This document shows, piece after piece, positions 1 to 13,976 of a DNA stretch of 64,000 nt. The stretch's first letter is position 1; every line of letters starts with the position of its first letter. Made by a program: the position numbers and the translations under genes. The stretch is from Octopus sinensis (taxonomy: Eukaryota). Location: the NCBI RefSeq assembly GCF_006345805.1, contig NC_042998.1, forward strand, positions 161,014,001 through 161,078,000, written 5' to 3'. Below the pieces are notes generated by a model that made no database searches, was not told where the DNA came from, and saw nothing but the letters and a program-made list of their open reading frames with translations.

Positions 1-3000
1 AACTTTTTAAAATAGAATTTAATTAAAGATTCTTATTTTTGACACGTTTTTATGATGGAATTAGTTATGGAAATAAATACTGAGTCCTTTACTGGTGTAT
101 AGGCATTGTTATGTAAATTAAACTATATATTTTAACGAAAGGCAAAATTTTGGTAATCAGTAATAGAAAAATAACATGTCCAAATATATATTAGTGAGTG
201 GACAAAGATATGTGTACATACACATTGCACATCAGAATCATATAAAGAATAATAACAATGAATTACATAGTTGTTTTTTAGACTTGATTCTAAAAAATAT
301 TTAGAACATTTCTTTTATTCATATGCTGTAAGCACAGTGTTAATGGATTAGAATAAATAAATAAAAAAGTAAGCTAGCTTGTAGATAAAATTTTCCTTGT
401 TCTTTCTAAAACTATAGTTAGCAATCATAAAATTTATACAATGAACATTTATACTACAAATTCATATTTGCATAGTACTCAAGTAAATTAAACAAAAGAA
501 TGCTATAAACAATTAAAACAATATTTGCTTCATTCCAGAATTCTTGAAATCAGAGGGGAAAATCTTACAACTAAATTTAGTGATTATCAAAACTTGTAAA
601 AAAAAAAATCCTCACTCTATCTGTAAATGTTAACATTTTGTACAATGTCGTCTCATTAATCCTGAAAACCAGTGTAGGCATTTTCATTCAAGAAGCAAAC
701 AAATAAACAATGTATAGATGTGTGTATATGTATGTGATTTATAGTATCAATAATTCAACAGAGCTTTATTCACATACAGCTAATTTCAAGATATTGATTG
801 AATTGACATATCAATATTCTTAGTAGTGGTCGGATGGAATAAAGTATTTTTTTTATTTCACTCAACATAACCAATTAAAATAAATTTATTAAAGCTTTAT
901 ATAAAGTAAAAAAGGTTTATCTGTCTTCTGAGCAACTTGCTCTTTGGTGTCTACATCAATAATGACTGATACACATATCTACTCAGTTCAATAGAATAGA
1001 TTTATCTCAATATGAAATATGGCAATATTCTATTTCCCTGCCATTGCTGTTCTGCCCAATGTTAATACCTCCAAGTTGGTAATTGACAATTTTCAGAATT
1101 TCCATTTATAGAAAATGCACATTAAAAATAAATAGAAATTCAAATACATTGATTAGGAAAATGTTTCAGTATGAATTGTACAGAAAAGCAGATCAGTGAT
1201 ATTTTTGTTTTTATGAGAGGGAAGCAGCAATTTTCACTTTCAGCTCATAGATAGAGATTTTCAAAATGTAGTTCAGTACTTAAGTAAACAAAATATCTAA
1301 GAAAATATGTACACTAAACTAATTGTTTAGAAACACAATTTGTTCTTCCTTATACAAATTTCATCTGTAAAGATATTGAGATTTAAGTCATATTGTTTGA
1401 AAATAATCATGTACAGTTGATCTGACATAATACACAAATATTTTAATGTTGTTAGCTCTAGATTAAGAAATATGTGAAAGTTATTGGGTAAATCACTATG
1501 TTGTTATCACTTTGTATTTAGTGAATGTATTTATATACTTTCTTTAATGAAAATATTTAAGAAATTGAGTATGATGGAGAATATTGTTTAAAATAGATTT
1601 GATAGAAAGTGATTTGAAATGAAGGAAAATTTAACTAAATAATATAATGAAATAGACCAGACTGAATAACCATCAACATGTCTGACATGAGTTTTTGTTG
1701 TTAAAATTATAATTTAAAGTGTTTATTTACAATATTTATATTGAGACTGCATTTTAATCAGTTCAATCTCAGATTATTAGGTCTCCTATTCCTTTAAATC
1801 CACATGATGATTAGGAGATCTTACCAATTGAAACAGAGTGTAGACATACAGATATGTACTCTCTAAGCATCAGGTTAAAAGTCTGTAAAGTGATAATCTT
1901 GTGACAACTGATATTTTTTCATCAAAATAATATTAGATATGAATATAATATTATATTTGGTGGTTCTATAAACTATATTTTTATCTTACATAACAAAAGT
2001 AAAAAGAAATTCAATATAAATTTATTAATATATTCTTTAAGATTTTATCCAAATTGTTGTCAAAATTGGAAATGCAATCTTCATCTTTTCATGAATCAAG
2101 CCCACATAATTTGAAGCATATTTTTGTAGTTCTAACACGCATATTTAAGAATTGACAAGTGCTTGCATTAGTCTTTGGTTTTGAAGGAAATCTAACCAAA
2201 TAACCGACTGTAGCCCACTGCAATTTTATTTTTTAGTTTTGTTTTGCTTTTAAAAATTTAGCCTTTAGTTTCTGATATTTCTTCTCCAGTTATCAATGGA
2301 GAGGGCATTGTCTGAAACAGATATTTTCTCCTCACAGCACCAATGCCACTTTTGACTTTTGTGGAATTACCTTTCGTCAATGCAGGCCACTGCTTACCTC
2401 CTTTGATTTTTGGTGTTTATTGGTGATGTTATTTATGCATATTAGATTGATATATTACATTTGATTAGTAACAGTAAACAGAATAGAACTAGCATTAAAA
2501 GGAATTAAATAAGCCTTGACACCCAGATACATTTAAGATATGTCTTTCCTCTGTAATTATTTTAATGAAGAGGCAAATTATAAAATTGACACATATTATT
2601 GAGGAATTTGCAGTTACTTTTCTAGAGGATATCTAAGTGAAATAAACCTGAGTAAACATCAAGAGGGTGGAATGCCCCGAAAAGATTTTAATCTATTTAA
2701 AATGAATTTTCAGACATGGGAGGAGAATTAATTTTATAGAAGCTATGTGAGTCTATTAAGTATATTGCAGTATATTTACACCATTCTATCAGAGTAGTAG
2801 ATGGATAAGCTAAGTTAAATACATAATCCCTACTACTAATTCTAAGTTGTCTTTAGGTCAGACATTAACTTTTAATGTTTTAAGTATTGAGACAAATATG
2901 CCCAATGATAACCTTAATAGAATTGTTATTAAAGGTAAATTTTCATAGAAATGCCAATTACAAAACATTAGTAAAATAGCGAAATATTTGACATTTACCA

Positions 3001-5309
3001 TTGTACATGTGTATATTATTTTTGTAGAATATTTGAATCTTAGTAATATGTTCAACAATAAAAGAAGAGTAGTTAATAATATTGCAAAAGTATCGTGTGT
3101 GAAAGTAAATGCATACATGTGCATGTGAGTGAGTATGTGTGTGTGTGTTTTATACATGTATGTGTGAATTGCTATTTCAAGGAATAAGATAAAATATTCT
3201 ACCAGATTATTTTGTACTGCGAAACATCCATGCACAAAATTACTCTATCTGTCTGTCAGCTGTCTGTCTGCCTCTCTCTCTTTCATACATACACACACAC
3301 AAAGCACACATACATAACCAGCTAACCAAAGTTATACATTGAATACACTAAAACATGTTATTATTGCTGTTTCTAACTTTATCATTTTGTAGAAGAGCTT
3401 TTCAAGAGGTTTGGTGATTAAAATAAAAGCAAATAAACAACAGACAAAAACTAAAACCAAACTGAAGTAGACAGAAGAAAAATCTATAAATAAATTAATA
3501 ATGTAATAAAGAGACAGAAGAAAGGTTTCTAGTGAAAGCTTTCTACAAGTATAAAGTGAAGAGTTCAATGAACAAGATGCTATCAGATGTCATTGAAATA
3601 ACTAGGTGCCATGGCGAATAATAAGTTCTTGTTATGACTATCATCATTGTGCTTAATTAAATAAACAGTACAAACACAGGTATATGTGTACAGATGTATA
3701 TATATATATATATACTGAGATTTACATTATTATATTTATATATAATTTATAGAACTGATTAAACTACCTTAGCAAGAAGCCTCACTGATAATACTATCTT
3801 TACATGGAAAAAACATAGGTCCAGAACAAACAAGATTAATTGTCTACCTCATCCTTCACCCATTCAGAAAAGAGAATTAGAATAAAGGAAATAAAAGGAC
3901 AAATAAAAACTATAAAAGAGAACAAGTCCCTATTGAGAAGAATGCCAATCTTAGTTAACAATTTCGTTTAGACAAAAATTTTGATCAGTACTGAGGCCTG
4001 GGTTTGTTCCAACAAAGATACATTGATGTTTGACTTGAGAATCATAAAGTTTGATATTTAGAGCAGATGGCATGTTGTGTCTGCTGCAGAGTGGCACCTT
4101 GCATCTTATTAACCCCAAATCTTGCAAATGCAAAATGTCAACAGTTCTCAATACTATAGTATGCTAGATGATGAGGCTTGCTACAATGTCTTAAGTTTGT
4201 GTCTTTATCAATTGAAAGCAAATAATTTGAGACAAGATTTAAAAGGTTAGCATATAGGATGTAACAAAACTTTGGGGGATTTTTAAAGAGAATAAAGTAG
4301 AGTTACTTTAACCATCTTGTCTTCCAATATTAACAACGCTACCATAGAATTAACACAATTGGCAAATACTTACCAGATATACATAGGAAAAATTTCAATA
4401 AGATGGATACAAAACTTTTCTGGTTTTATGCAGGAATATATAAAATTATCTGTACAATAGTCTTATATTAAATTTGAAATTCTAACAAAAATCTACATGA
4501 AAAATGCTAACAAAATCCATCAAAACTATTAGCATCAAAATGCTAACTTTTAGAGAAGCCAACAGCTCCACTTTGAATTTCAGCCAAGAATGAAAATAAT
4601 TTTCCTATTTGATCTTATCATGAAGCAATGACAATCTAAATAACAGTATATCTATGTTAGAAGCTGAATACTAACCTATTTTAGATCTAATTCAAGTATT
4701 CTTAGAATTTTTTGGTTTTTGGTTTTAGTTTTAGCTATAACAAAGTATATAATCCAATTGACTGTTTTAAAATACTATTACAAACTCTAGATCAGAGGAA
4801 GATAAATCCCATTTTATATTTAATATTTATTTGGATATAATTGCAAACAACTGAGCAGAGTCACTTATTCTGAATACTTGAATATTACAAATGTTTGGAG
4901 ATTTTACTGCAAGACAATTAAATAATTAACTGGCTGTCTGACTTTGTAAAACACAAGCAAAATACATCAAGTATAGGGGAGATAAGTATGGGATGAATTT
5001 TAAAGGTGAATTTGTAAGCTTTTATAACATTCAGTTATAAATATTTTCTCAAATATCCATCAAGAATTCATATAATATATGTATGTATATATATATGCCT
5101 GTACAAAAAAAAGAAGGAAAAAGCCCAAAAATTTTGTTTAAAATTTAATGTGTATATATATTGTAATGTGTATGCTATATAGTTAAGTTTCACCACAATG
5201 ATTACATAAGTACTTTTTCGAGTGTTTGTGTTATTTAATTGGGGCATGTATGTATTGTGTGCATGTATGTGTGTGTGTGTATATATTATTCGAAGTGTAC
5301 AGTATTATA

Positions 5310-5722
5310 TATCCATTATGGCCGATCTTAACAATTGGCTTTGCGCTAAGGATTCAACAGTGTTAGATAACAATCTGATTATATAACCCTGTGCTGATCA
5401 GAGGTAGTCATTATGGAATAAAATATGGTGACTGTGATCACATGATTGACCAAATTACAGGATGTTGTTATATTGCTGGTCACAATGTACTTTGCATATG
5501 TTATCTTTCGAATGATGCTACTCTGCTGGTTAGGCAAGTAGGCCAACATTCCCTCTGATTGGAAAGCTAGTTCATCACAGGGTTACCCATTTACAGTTGA
5601 GCAGACTGGAGTAACATCATATGAAGTGTTTGCTCAAGAATACAATGCACACTTGGTCCAGGAACTGAACCCATGTCCTAAGGATTGTGAGTGTAACACC
5701 CTAACCATTAGGCCACACACCT
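5310..5722 (-). mobile_element. tRNA-derived SINE (type 3), decayed
   Basis: The minus strand begins aggtgtgtggcctaatggttagggtg (A box) ... gggttcagttcctgg (B box), followed by a cttgagcaaacacttcat core-like segment. The 3' boundary is approximate. Confidence 0.6.
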
Positions 5723-6049
5723 TCACATACACACACATGTATATACACATCCCTCCCGCCTGCCTATTTTCTTCTCAAATCTATATGGAGCATGAAGGGA
5801 GAAAAAAAATCACAGAAACAGGAAAAGATAGTGAAGTGTGATGGGTGTGGGTGGGTTGAAGGAATTACAATAAGAGAAATAAAGTTTGTTGCATGGAAAC
5901 ATGCAATGCTAAAGATTCCTTTTAAAGATTTAACCAATTAGTTTTTCTCATGGGTTATTTATAGATGTTATAGAAATAAAAAGATGAAAATGATAATGTT
6001 ATTTTCTACACAGATTTATTGTTGTTGTTTAACTGTATTCCAGCCGTAA

Positions 6050-6195
6050 TCCAGCAAATATATGATCTAGCAATGGCCATCCATTCTTTCTTTACTCAGA
6101 CTCAGGCTAATAAGACTACATCTTCTAGTGTGTTCTTCCTTTTTTGAGACCATGGGATGAATTTGAGGGAAATTTGACTGCTATTTATAATAAGA
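6050..6195 (+). repeat. dispersed repeat fragment (retroposon 3'-tail-like), copy 1
   Basis: Shares the motif atttg-(g/a)g-gaaatttgactgctattt with 52120-52270 (+) and 57210-57290 (-). Confidence 0.5.
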
Positions 6196-7739
6196 TAGAA
6201 GGCTGTTTTGTAGATTTAGTTTTTATCTGTGCCAGATGTTTTTGCAGTGGACATGAAAACTACCACTACTTCTATTATCATCTTTTGGCTTACTTATTAG
6301 CAACTCCCATCCTTAAGAAAAACAAACAAACAAACTCAAAACAACTACTTTAGTTCCCTGCATACAGAGAAGCAAGAAGTAGGGACTACAGAAAATACAC
6401 AGAAAAATCAGTTACAGGGAGTTGATGCTAGATAATACCCCCCACTACCTCTTCATGTATTTTAACAGGAAAGCAGAGTGTGTATACAGATCAAAGACAT
6501 GAGGATATAACTTTAAACTCTTAAGGGGCCAACCAACTTCCTTTAGCCAACTGTCTCCTTTGCCAGAAAGGAAGCAGTCACAGTCTTTGTGCCCATATCA
6601 CATTTCCATCCTCAATGTATCTGAAAAATGTCACATAACATTCATCATCAACACAATCGTCTTTGACATTTTAGGAGCTAAGTAAGAAGCACAACAAACC
6701 AAAAATGGTAAAGTTAAAGTAGATGCTTCAAGGAAGTAAGGGTCACCTTGTACATAATATCTTCTCAACATGTTATCTTTATTGCTTAAGTAAAAAGAAA
6801 GTGAAAACAATAAATAAAAAAAGCAGATAAATGTATCAATATTCTTATATCCATATACAATGTAATGAAAAATGTGCATTATATATACATGTGTGTGAGT
6901 ATTGTGACTTTTCTTCTCATTACAAGTGTAATTTCAATTGATTGAAAATTCTTTTTGGCTCACTACACAAAGTATGTTGGCCAGCACTTAACTATACATG
7001 CATATATACATTCATACATAGGTACAGAACAGACACACAGACACATACAAAGTATCTCGTTCAAATCACTAACATAGATCCTCTCATACACACACACACT
7101 CATTCTACAGTGTTTTCTTTTATCATATATGATGCTGCTATTTTACTTTGCAAACAAAAATTGCATTAATAAAAGATACACTCAGGCATATACAAACGTA
7201 TGCATACATACATCCATATGTATATTTATATACATTTATTCAAAGGTGAGTTTTTACCACATACATATATATATATAAACATACATACACAGGCACACAG
7301 CACTTTTATCTTGTTTATAAATCCAAACACACTCATCATAGCCACACATGCATATATACATACATACAAACACATTTACATATAAACAACATGAATGTGC
7401 ATTTATAAAACAAAAACAAAAAACAGAAAAGAGAATTAAATAGGTTTTTTCATAGTGATCTAATATGAAGCTAATTATGACCAGTGGTAAGATAGTAAGT
7501 TTATGTCTTGAACATATATTTATGAACTTATGTAGATGTGTACGCATGCGCATGCGTGTGTGTGTGAAGGAGAAAGTGACTGAGTGTATCTTTTATTAAT
7601 GATTTTTTTGTCTGTGAAATAAAATAACATCATCATGTTAAAAAGGAAATTTGTAGAGTAAGTTTTATAACAGATCTACACTTGTTTAAAAAAAATAGTA
7701 ACAAACTCTAGCTTCTTATATATTGTTTTGTAATGTGGT

Positions 7740-7935
7740 GAGATCTTTGTTTAATAATCTGATAGCTGGGGAGACACTTGGAACAGAGGGAGGAACAAAA
7801 AAACTAGAGACCTTCATAGATAAGCTGACCTCCAAGATGACCCTGGTGCCAGAAGTATCCCAAGTTAACTTAGGATGCTCTGATTATGTTAAAGAGGTGA
7901 AGGAGTATGTTCAATAAGCCAGTGTGAGTTAATAA
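7740..7935 (+). mobile_element. possible old CR1/L2-like LINE 3' remnant
   Basis: The peptide LETFIDKLTSKMTLVPEV loosely resembles the C-terminal F.K.LD.FL..IPD.P motif of CR1/L2 ORF2. Support is weak. Confidence 0.25.
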
Positions 7936-8836
7936 GGATTAAAACAAATCATATTTTATTGTTAATTGTGAAAGGAAAAAAGAAAAACTTCAACAGCGCT
8001 TCATACAAATTGCTTGCTTGTTCCACTTGACAACTAGCAACAAAACAACCTCAACAAGGCCATAACTATACTGTAAAAAAAGATCTCAGACCTGTCCTGA
8101 TTGTATCTATGAACATCTTCATTTTGGCGACATGTTAAGTCATTCTGGTCCTGCCAAACTGTGATATACTCTCACCAGACAACTTTGTCGCCTGGGTTTG
8201 TTCAGATAATACTAAGCATCAAATAGCCCACTCTTTACTAGTACAAAGGCAGTACAGTTTTTTATTTTTTATTTTATTTAATGTCTATGATAAGAAAAAT
8301 CAGTTCTCTCAGTGGGGTATTATCACAACAACATACAGTAATGTTGTATATGTGGTACTTTACATGTGCGTAGCAGCAGAATATAAGAAAAGAAGTAGAG
8401 GTGACCTCCTTCTTACATCCCTCTGCTAAGTAGCATCACCATAGCAGCTGTTGACATGCTGAAGTTATCATCTACTTTTCTAAGGTTCATCTGGTCCTAC
8501 ACAGATACCTAATATGGTAAGGGACACTAGATGTTGATTAGAAAAACAGAAATAGATACAGATGTTTAGGAGACATTAGGATGACACAGAAGGGAAGAGT
8601 ATTCTCTCTAATCAACAAACAAAAAGAAATCCAGGAAGTGAAAGCAACAACTTCCTTATCAAAATAAGAGGGAACAAAAAAGAAAAAAAAGGGTGAAAAT
8701 GGGGACACAAGGAAACAGTATACAACAGGAAGAAGCAACTAAGACTTTAAGGAAGAATAAAATATATTCAAAAAGAGCAAAAACTATATAGCCTGTTCTT
8801 TATAGGAAAAAAATTTCAAAACATTCTTATGTATTT

Positions 8837-8885
8837 TACTACTACTACTACTACTACTGGTGGTGGTGGTGGTGCTGCTGCTGCT
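8837..8885. repeat. compound trinucleotide microsatellite (ACT)n(GGT)n(GCT)n
   Basis: Read directly from the sequence. Confidence 0.95.
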
Positions 8886-9195
8886 TTCACTGTTATTGTT
8901 TTATTTAACTTAAATACATAAATACATAAGCAGTACATTATATCCAAATTAATATAATTTTGTAATAATTTTTTGACAGAAAAATACTTTAAAAGAACAA
9001 CTAAATCACTATAATTATGGGTGAAGATGTTTGTTATAATAAATTCTAGAAAATGGTATCTGCAACCCAGATTTATAGCTTTTATTTGAATCCAAAATAT
9101 ATACATCATTAATAGCCCTTGGAAAGATATCAGTAACAAATTTTGAGTCATCTGTTTTCAGGCTTTGTAATAAATAGTTGGTTTAAGATTTTGAG

Positions 9196-9232
<37 letters not shown>

Positions 9233-9281
9233 CAGAGAGAGAGAGAGAGAGAGAGAGAAAGAGTTTATATATATATATATA
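9196..9281. repeat. compound (TA)n/(GA)n/(TA)n microsatellite
   Basis: Read directly from the sequence. Confidence 0.95.
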
Positions 9282-9929
9282 AATAAACAAACAAGAAAAC
9301 CTCATCAAACAAGATGCAGCATCTAACAATAAATGGTCAGTGAAGATGACCATAGACTTAATGCACATAAATATTTAGCTTTGTTCTTATCCGAAATTCT
9401 GTATCAGAAATTCCATCAGAATATACCTTGATTTTCATCCTTGCAGGGTGAAACCCAGGTTCATCCAGATTAACTACACACTCCCCTATAACAAGATGAA
9501 GAATTCAAGAATCAACAATAAATTGCTTCCAAGTTAAAATGATAAGAACAAGAATCCAACAACTACAGTTAAATAACTTAATGTTCTGAAGTTCCCTGTG
9601 TAGCATTTAACACTTGTTATCATATTTCTTTTGAAATACACTGATTCTGTTTCAATTAATTTTGGAATTAATGAAAACTAGTAAAATAGCTTTATCTTTA
9701 TTAAGCTTGTGTTTAGAACATAACTTAATGATATTTCAATAGAAGGTTTTAGTTTAAATCACTGTAAAACAGGATAATGTTTACTAACATAATTTTGTTA
9801 TTTGTAATTATTAATAGATAATGACTTGGTCAGATATTCTGACACTCTTTCATTTGTTCTGCTACTGGATGTGCATGATTTTCATCAGACATCTCTCAAG
9901 ATACATTTCCAACTCATTGCTGGGTTGTT

Positions 9930-10482
9930 TGGCTTACCTACTGGAACTGCTTTGCATTGTGTGCTTGATTTATTAAGGCTGCTTTTTCTCAATGCTCTTT
10001 TATTGTTTGGCTCAAGTGTAGACTGAGGTTGGGTGAATGACATCCAGAAAGTTGACAAGATAGCTCATTGATGAGCAATGGGATTAATGGAACATTAGCA
10101 TGAGCATTCTATAGAGGATATGAGAGGTAAAGGCTGGGAAGCAATTTTGGGTATTAATCAGGACAAACTGAATACTCCCTTCTAGAGGACTTGTTTTTAA
10201 TTTCCTTGCAGGGAGAAGGTACTTGCCTCAGTGTTGAAGGATATTTAAGGATTTGTTGGAAGCCTTATATTTTGTTTTTGGTTACTTTCTCCCTTTTGAG
10301 AGACATCCATAATATATCTTAACACATTTACATTTTAAACTTCTTTTACACACACACGTACTTGTGCATGCATGCATATATAATCTCTTTTTTACTTGAT
10401 GTAAAAACCACTACTGTTTTTGTTATGTCCCCCATTTGTTACTCTTTTGGCAAATAAAGAATCTATTATTATTATTATTATA

Positions 10483-10538
<56 letters not shown>
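9930..10538 (+). mobile_element. probable LINE 3' end with (ATT)n tail
   Basis: A non-microsatellite block ends in aataaagaatct, immediately followed by a ~74-bp (ATT)n tract (10465-10538). The segment ctactggaactgct near 9938 resembles the terminal LLGTA motif of RLE-type LINEs after a frameshift. The 5' boundary is uncertain. Confidence 0.4.
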
Positions 10539-10540
<2 letters not shown>

Positions 10541-13158
10541 CTTTACAGAGCCATGTCATGAAAGTAAGTATAAATATTCATTCACCCTTGTAACAAGATC
10601 AACAAGAGATGATGTCACTGATGAAAAAGTAAGAAGTAAAATAAATGAAAAGATAAAATTTGACCAAAATGAATCTTGTTCACTTTTGAAGTTTTAGGAA
10701 ATGTACAGCCCATAAAATAGACAGTAGTTATCAATTGTATTTTAATGAGACCAAGCTGTTTCTTGGCCTTTGAGAAAATTTGGTCCAAAAATCAGTGAAG
10801 CAGTACAACAAATTGCTGATGAAAAATCCAAAAAGAATTTCTGTTGAGCTAGGTTAAAAAAGAAGTAGTTTATGAGATAATATATTTAGAGATGTAGGCA
10901 ATGAAAAATGAAGAATTTATGGTAATGCCTCTTCTGAGTGAAGTCAATAAACAACACCCCACCACATACATAGAAACACACTGTTACATCCTCATACACA
11001 AAACAAAAATGCACATACGCAAAAAAAAGTATTTGAATGCACAGGTCGTAATAATTACTTGTGAAATAAAAATAAGTTTTCCTAGTAAAACTGACATGGC
11101 AAGAGTACAAAACCGTCAAAGTGATTCTAAAAAGATTATCAACATGAATGTTTATGGAATATATATTTGTTGGTCAATGTGGTTATAAAATGAACACAAA
11201 TGCTATAACATTCTTGTTTTTTAAAACTCAGACTATCAGTATATGATTAGCTATCAAAGAGAAGAATTTTAACAAATTAACTTTTTAAAGAATCGAAAAT
11301 AAAATCGTATATATCATAAAAAATGGAGAAATATAAGAAAATACAAAAAAAGTCAAACTCAAACATATACATAGGGAAAAATTGCTTCTTTGTTTTATGA
11401 AAGTGTATCAAATAGAGTTAATTATAAAATTCCTTCTTATTGAGATACCTATCAATGGAGATCTATTCAGTTCAGTAAAGAAGATAGCTGTCTTTTAGGA
11501 TAGATACACTTATACACTCTGTTGCTTTTTTTTTTTTTCTCCTGGCTGGCAGAAAGATTTAACCTCAGTATATTGCAAGTTAACATATTTCCTATCAATC
11601 ACACAGTGGTTCTGTTACCAAAAGTGGTTAAGAAATTAAATCACTTTACCAACACTCCAACAAAATAACACAATTTACATATTTTATAGAAGAAATAAAT
11701 GAAATACTAAGGCAACAAATAATACCAGCCTCGCAAATTCTATACTTCCATAAGATGCTGCTATACAAACTCAGTACTTATTTTTGATTAATAGGTGAAG
11801 AGAATTAAGTGTAATTAAGCAGAGAATTAAGTGTAATGTTTATTCAACAAGAGGATCATTTGGTCATTTTTGCATTTACTATGCAAGGATCTAATTCTGA
11901 ATATATGTTAATCACAACAAAACACAAACAAACTGAAACATTGTACCTCTAGACTTTATAAAAAAAAAGACATAATGGGCTGGATTAATCTTTTGGTACA
12001 AATTCTTGAATAGGTAAAACTTACACACTAATCTGAATTAATAAAAATAAGCAAATCAATTACCTCATTTTGCCTAAGAATCTGAAGATTTGAAATATCA
12101 GGTGTTTATGTAATATGAATATTCTTGTTGAAAATATATTTAATCATACATTCGAGAAAAAAGTCATTAAGTGACAAACTGGTATTGGATTAATTTCTTC
12201 AACTTATTCAAAAGCTGGTGTTTTCCTGTAATGAAACTCCACATTATCAATGGATGCATTCAGGTAACTATTGATTTTCTAATTAAAAAAACATTCTAGA
12301 CTTCAAGGAACTCTTATTCAATATCAACAGGTCTCACGAGATTCACTGTTTTTATTGCATTGCCAAATATAGGTAATTAAATATGAACTAAGGTTTATTG
12401 GTTTATGAGCCTCGTGGAAATTATGTAGGTTTCCAAAAGGCCATGCACTAATAAATTAAATATATTTGCTGACTCCTACACCACTATGTTGTTTGATTTC
12501 TAGCTCTTTCATGAATATTTTTATTTAACTTTACTTATCAGCAAAGACAGGTTTCTGATACTTGCCAAGAAAAGATAGATCCTACCTCTTATTCATATAT
12601 ACAAAGTTTCTAATGAATCAATTTTATAGAGGTGACTGATCTTTATATTCTAAGACTAAATAGAAAATTGTCCAATAATTTCTTGAACACACACTGTAAA
12701 CAGAATAAACAAGCATATATAGGATCACATTTTGGTATGTGATACTGATGTATAGGATACAGTTTTTTAGACAAGTGTTTTTGGTTATGCTATGAACTGT
12801 AGAAGCTGTTGGAGAAATTAATTTAACAAATCGTTCTTAAATTTGTTAATAAATGGAGCCAACACCGGGAATTATAGACCATAAAGAATGTTAGAATGCT
12901 GCAAAATATTGAACAATATTCTTGTATTTTTGTCTTTTATGAAAATTTAAAATCTTTCATCACTCCCAGTAATTACTGAATAAAATACAAGTGTCTGTTG
13001 TAAAATTGTATTTGACTAGTACTTGTTGGTGACTAACAGTATTATTTTGAGATAAGAGTTTAAAGGGGTCCTATGAAAGAGAATTAATATATTCCCTTTG
13101 ATGTAAATATTCTGAGAACTCTTCATCCTGCTATTCACTTTCCTTGATTTAATGTGTG

Positions 13159-13976
13159 TGCATATAAACATGCACATGCATTCACCAAAATCCTCAAAAC
13201 ACAACATTGCACATCGCAAAGTTTCTTTAGAAATCCTAAGGAGGAAAATTTAGTCTTCAGAAATTGAATGTGTGTGTGTATGTATGTGTGTGTGTGTGTG
13301 TGTTCATATAGGCGCAGGAATGGCTGTGTGGTAAGAAGTTTGCTTTCCAACCACATTGTTCTGGGTTCAGTTCCACTGCGTGGCACCTAGGGTAAGGGTC
13401 GACCAAAGCCTTGTGAGTGGATTTGGTAGATGGAAACTGAAAGAAGCCCGTCACATATATAAATATATATATGTGTGTGTATGTTTGTCCCCCCCATCAT
13501 CGCTTGAAAACCAGTGTTGGTGTGTTTGCATCCCTGTAACTTAGCGGTTAGGCAATAGAACCGATAGAATATGTACTAGGCTTACAAAGTGTTGGGTTCA
13601 ATTTGTTTGACTAAAAGTAGTGCCCCAGCATGGCTGCAGTCAAATGACTGAAGCAAGTATAAGAATAAAAGAATTAGTGCTTTTTTTGTTATCACCTAGC
13701 TTAAAAACCTTATCTAGCATCACATTCATGCATATAAACATGCACACGCATTCACCAAAATCCTCAAATCACAACATTGCACATTGCAAAGTTTCTTTAC
13801 AAATGCTAAGGAGGAAAATTTAATCTTCAGAAAATGAATATATATATATATGTGTTTGTGTGTGTGTAAGTGTGTGTGTGTGTGTGTAAGTGTGTGTGTG
13901 TGTGTGTGTGTCTGTGCGTGTGTTCATTGGTGCTTTTTTGTTATCACCTACCTTAAAAACCTTATCTAGCATCACA
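13159..13976. repeat. two-unit tandem duplication (~200-250 bp unit), first unit interrupted by a SINE
   Basis: A1 13159-13307, SINE, B1 13675-13724, A2 13729-13927, B2 13928-13976. The unique part of A differs at 7 of ~111 positions between the copies. Confidence 0.92.
13311..13674 (+). mobile_element. tRNA-derived SINE (type 1; resembles octopus OK-like family)
   Basis: A box tggctgtgtggt, B box gggttcagttcc, body ccaaagccttgtgagtggatttggtagatggaaactgaaagaagcccgtc, and an aagaataaaagaat tail. Homologous to 20912-21308 on the opposite strand, with a ~20-bp internal deletion relative to it. Confidence 0.9.

Noticed and set aside
6480-6621. Possible terminal exon YIEDGNVIWAQRL* on the minus strand
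   Set aside because: The open frame is only 13 codons, with no recognisable homolog and no unambiguous upstream partner.
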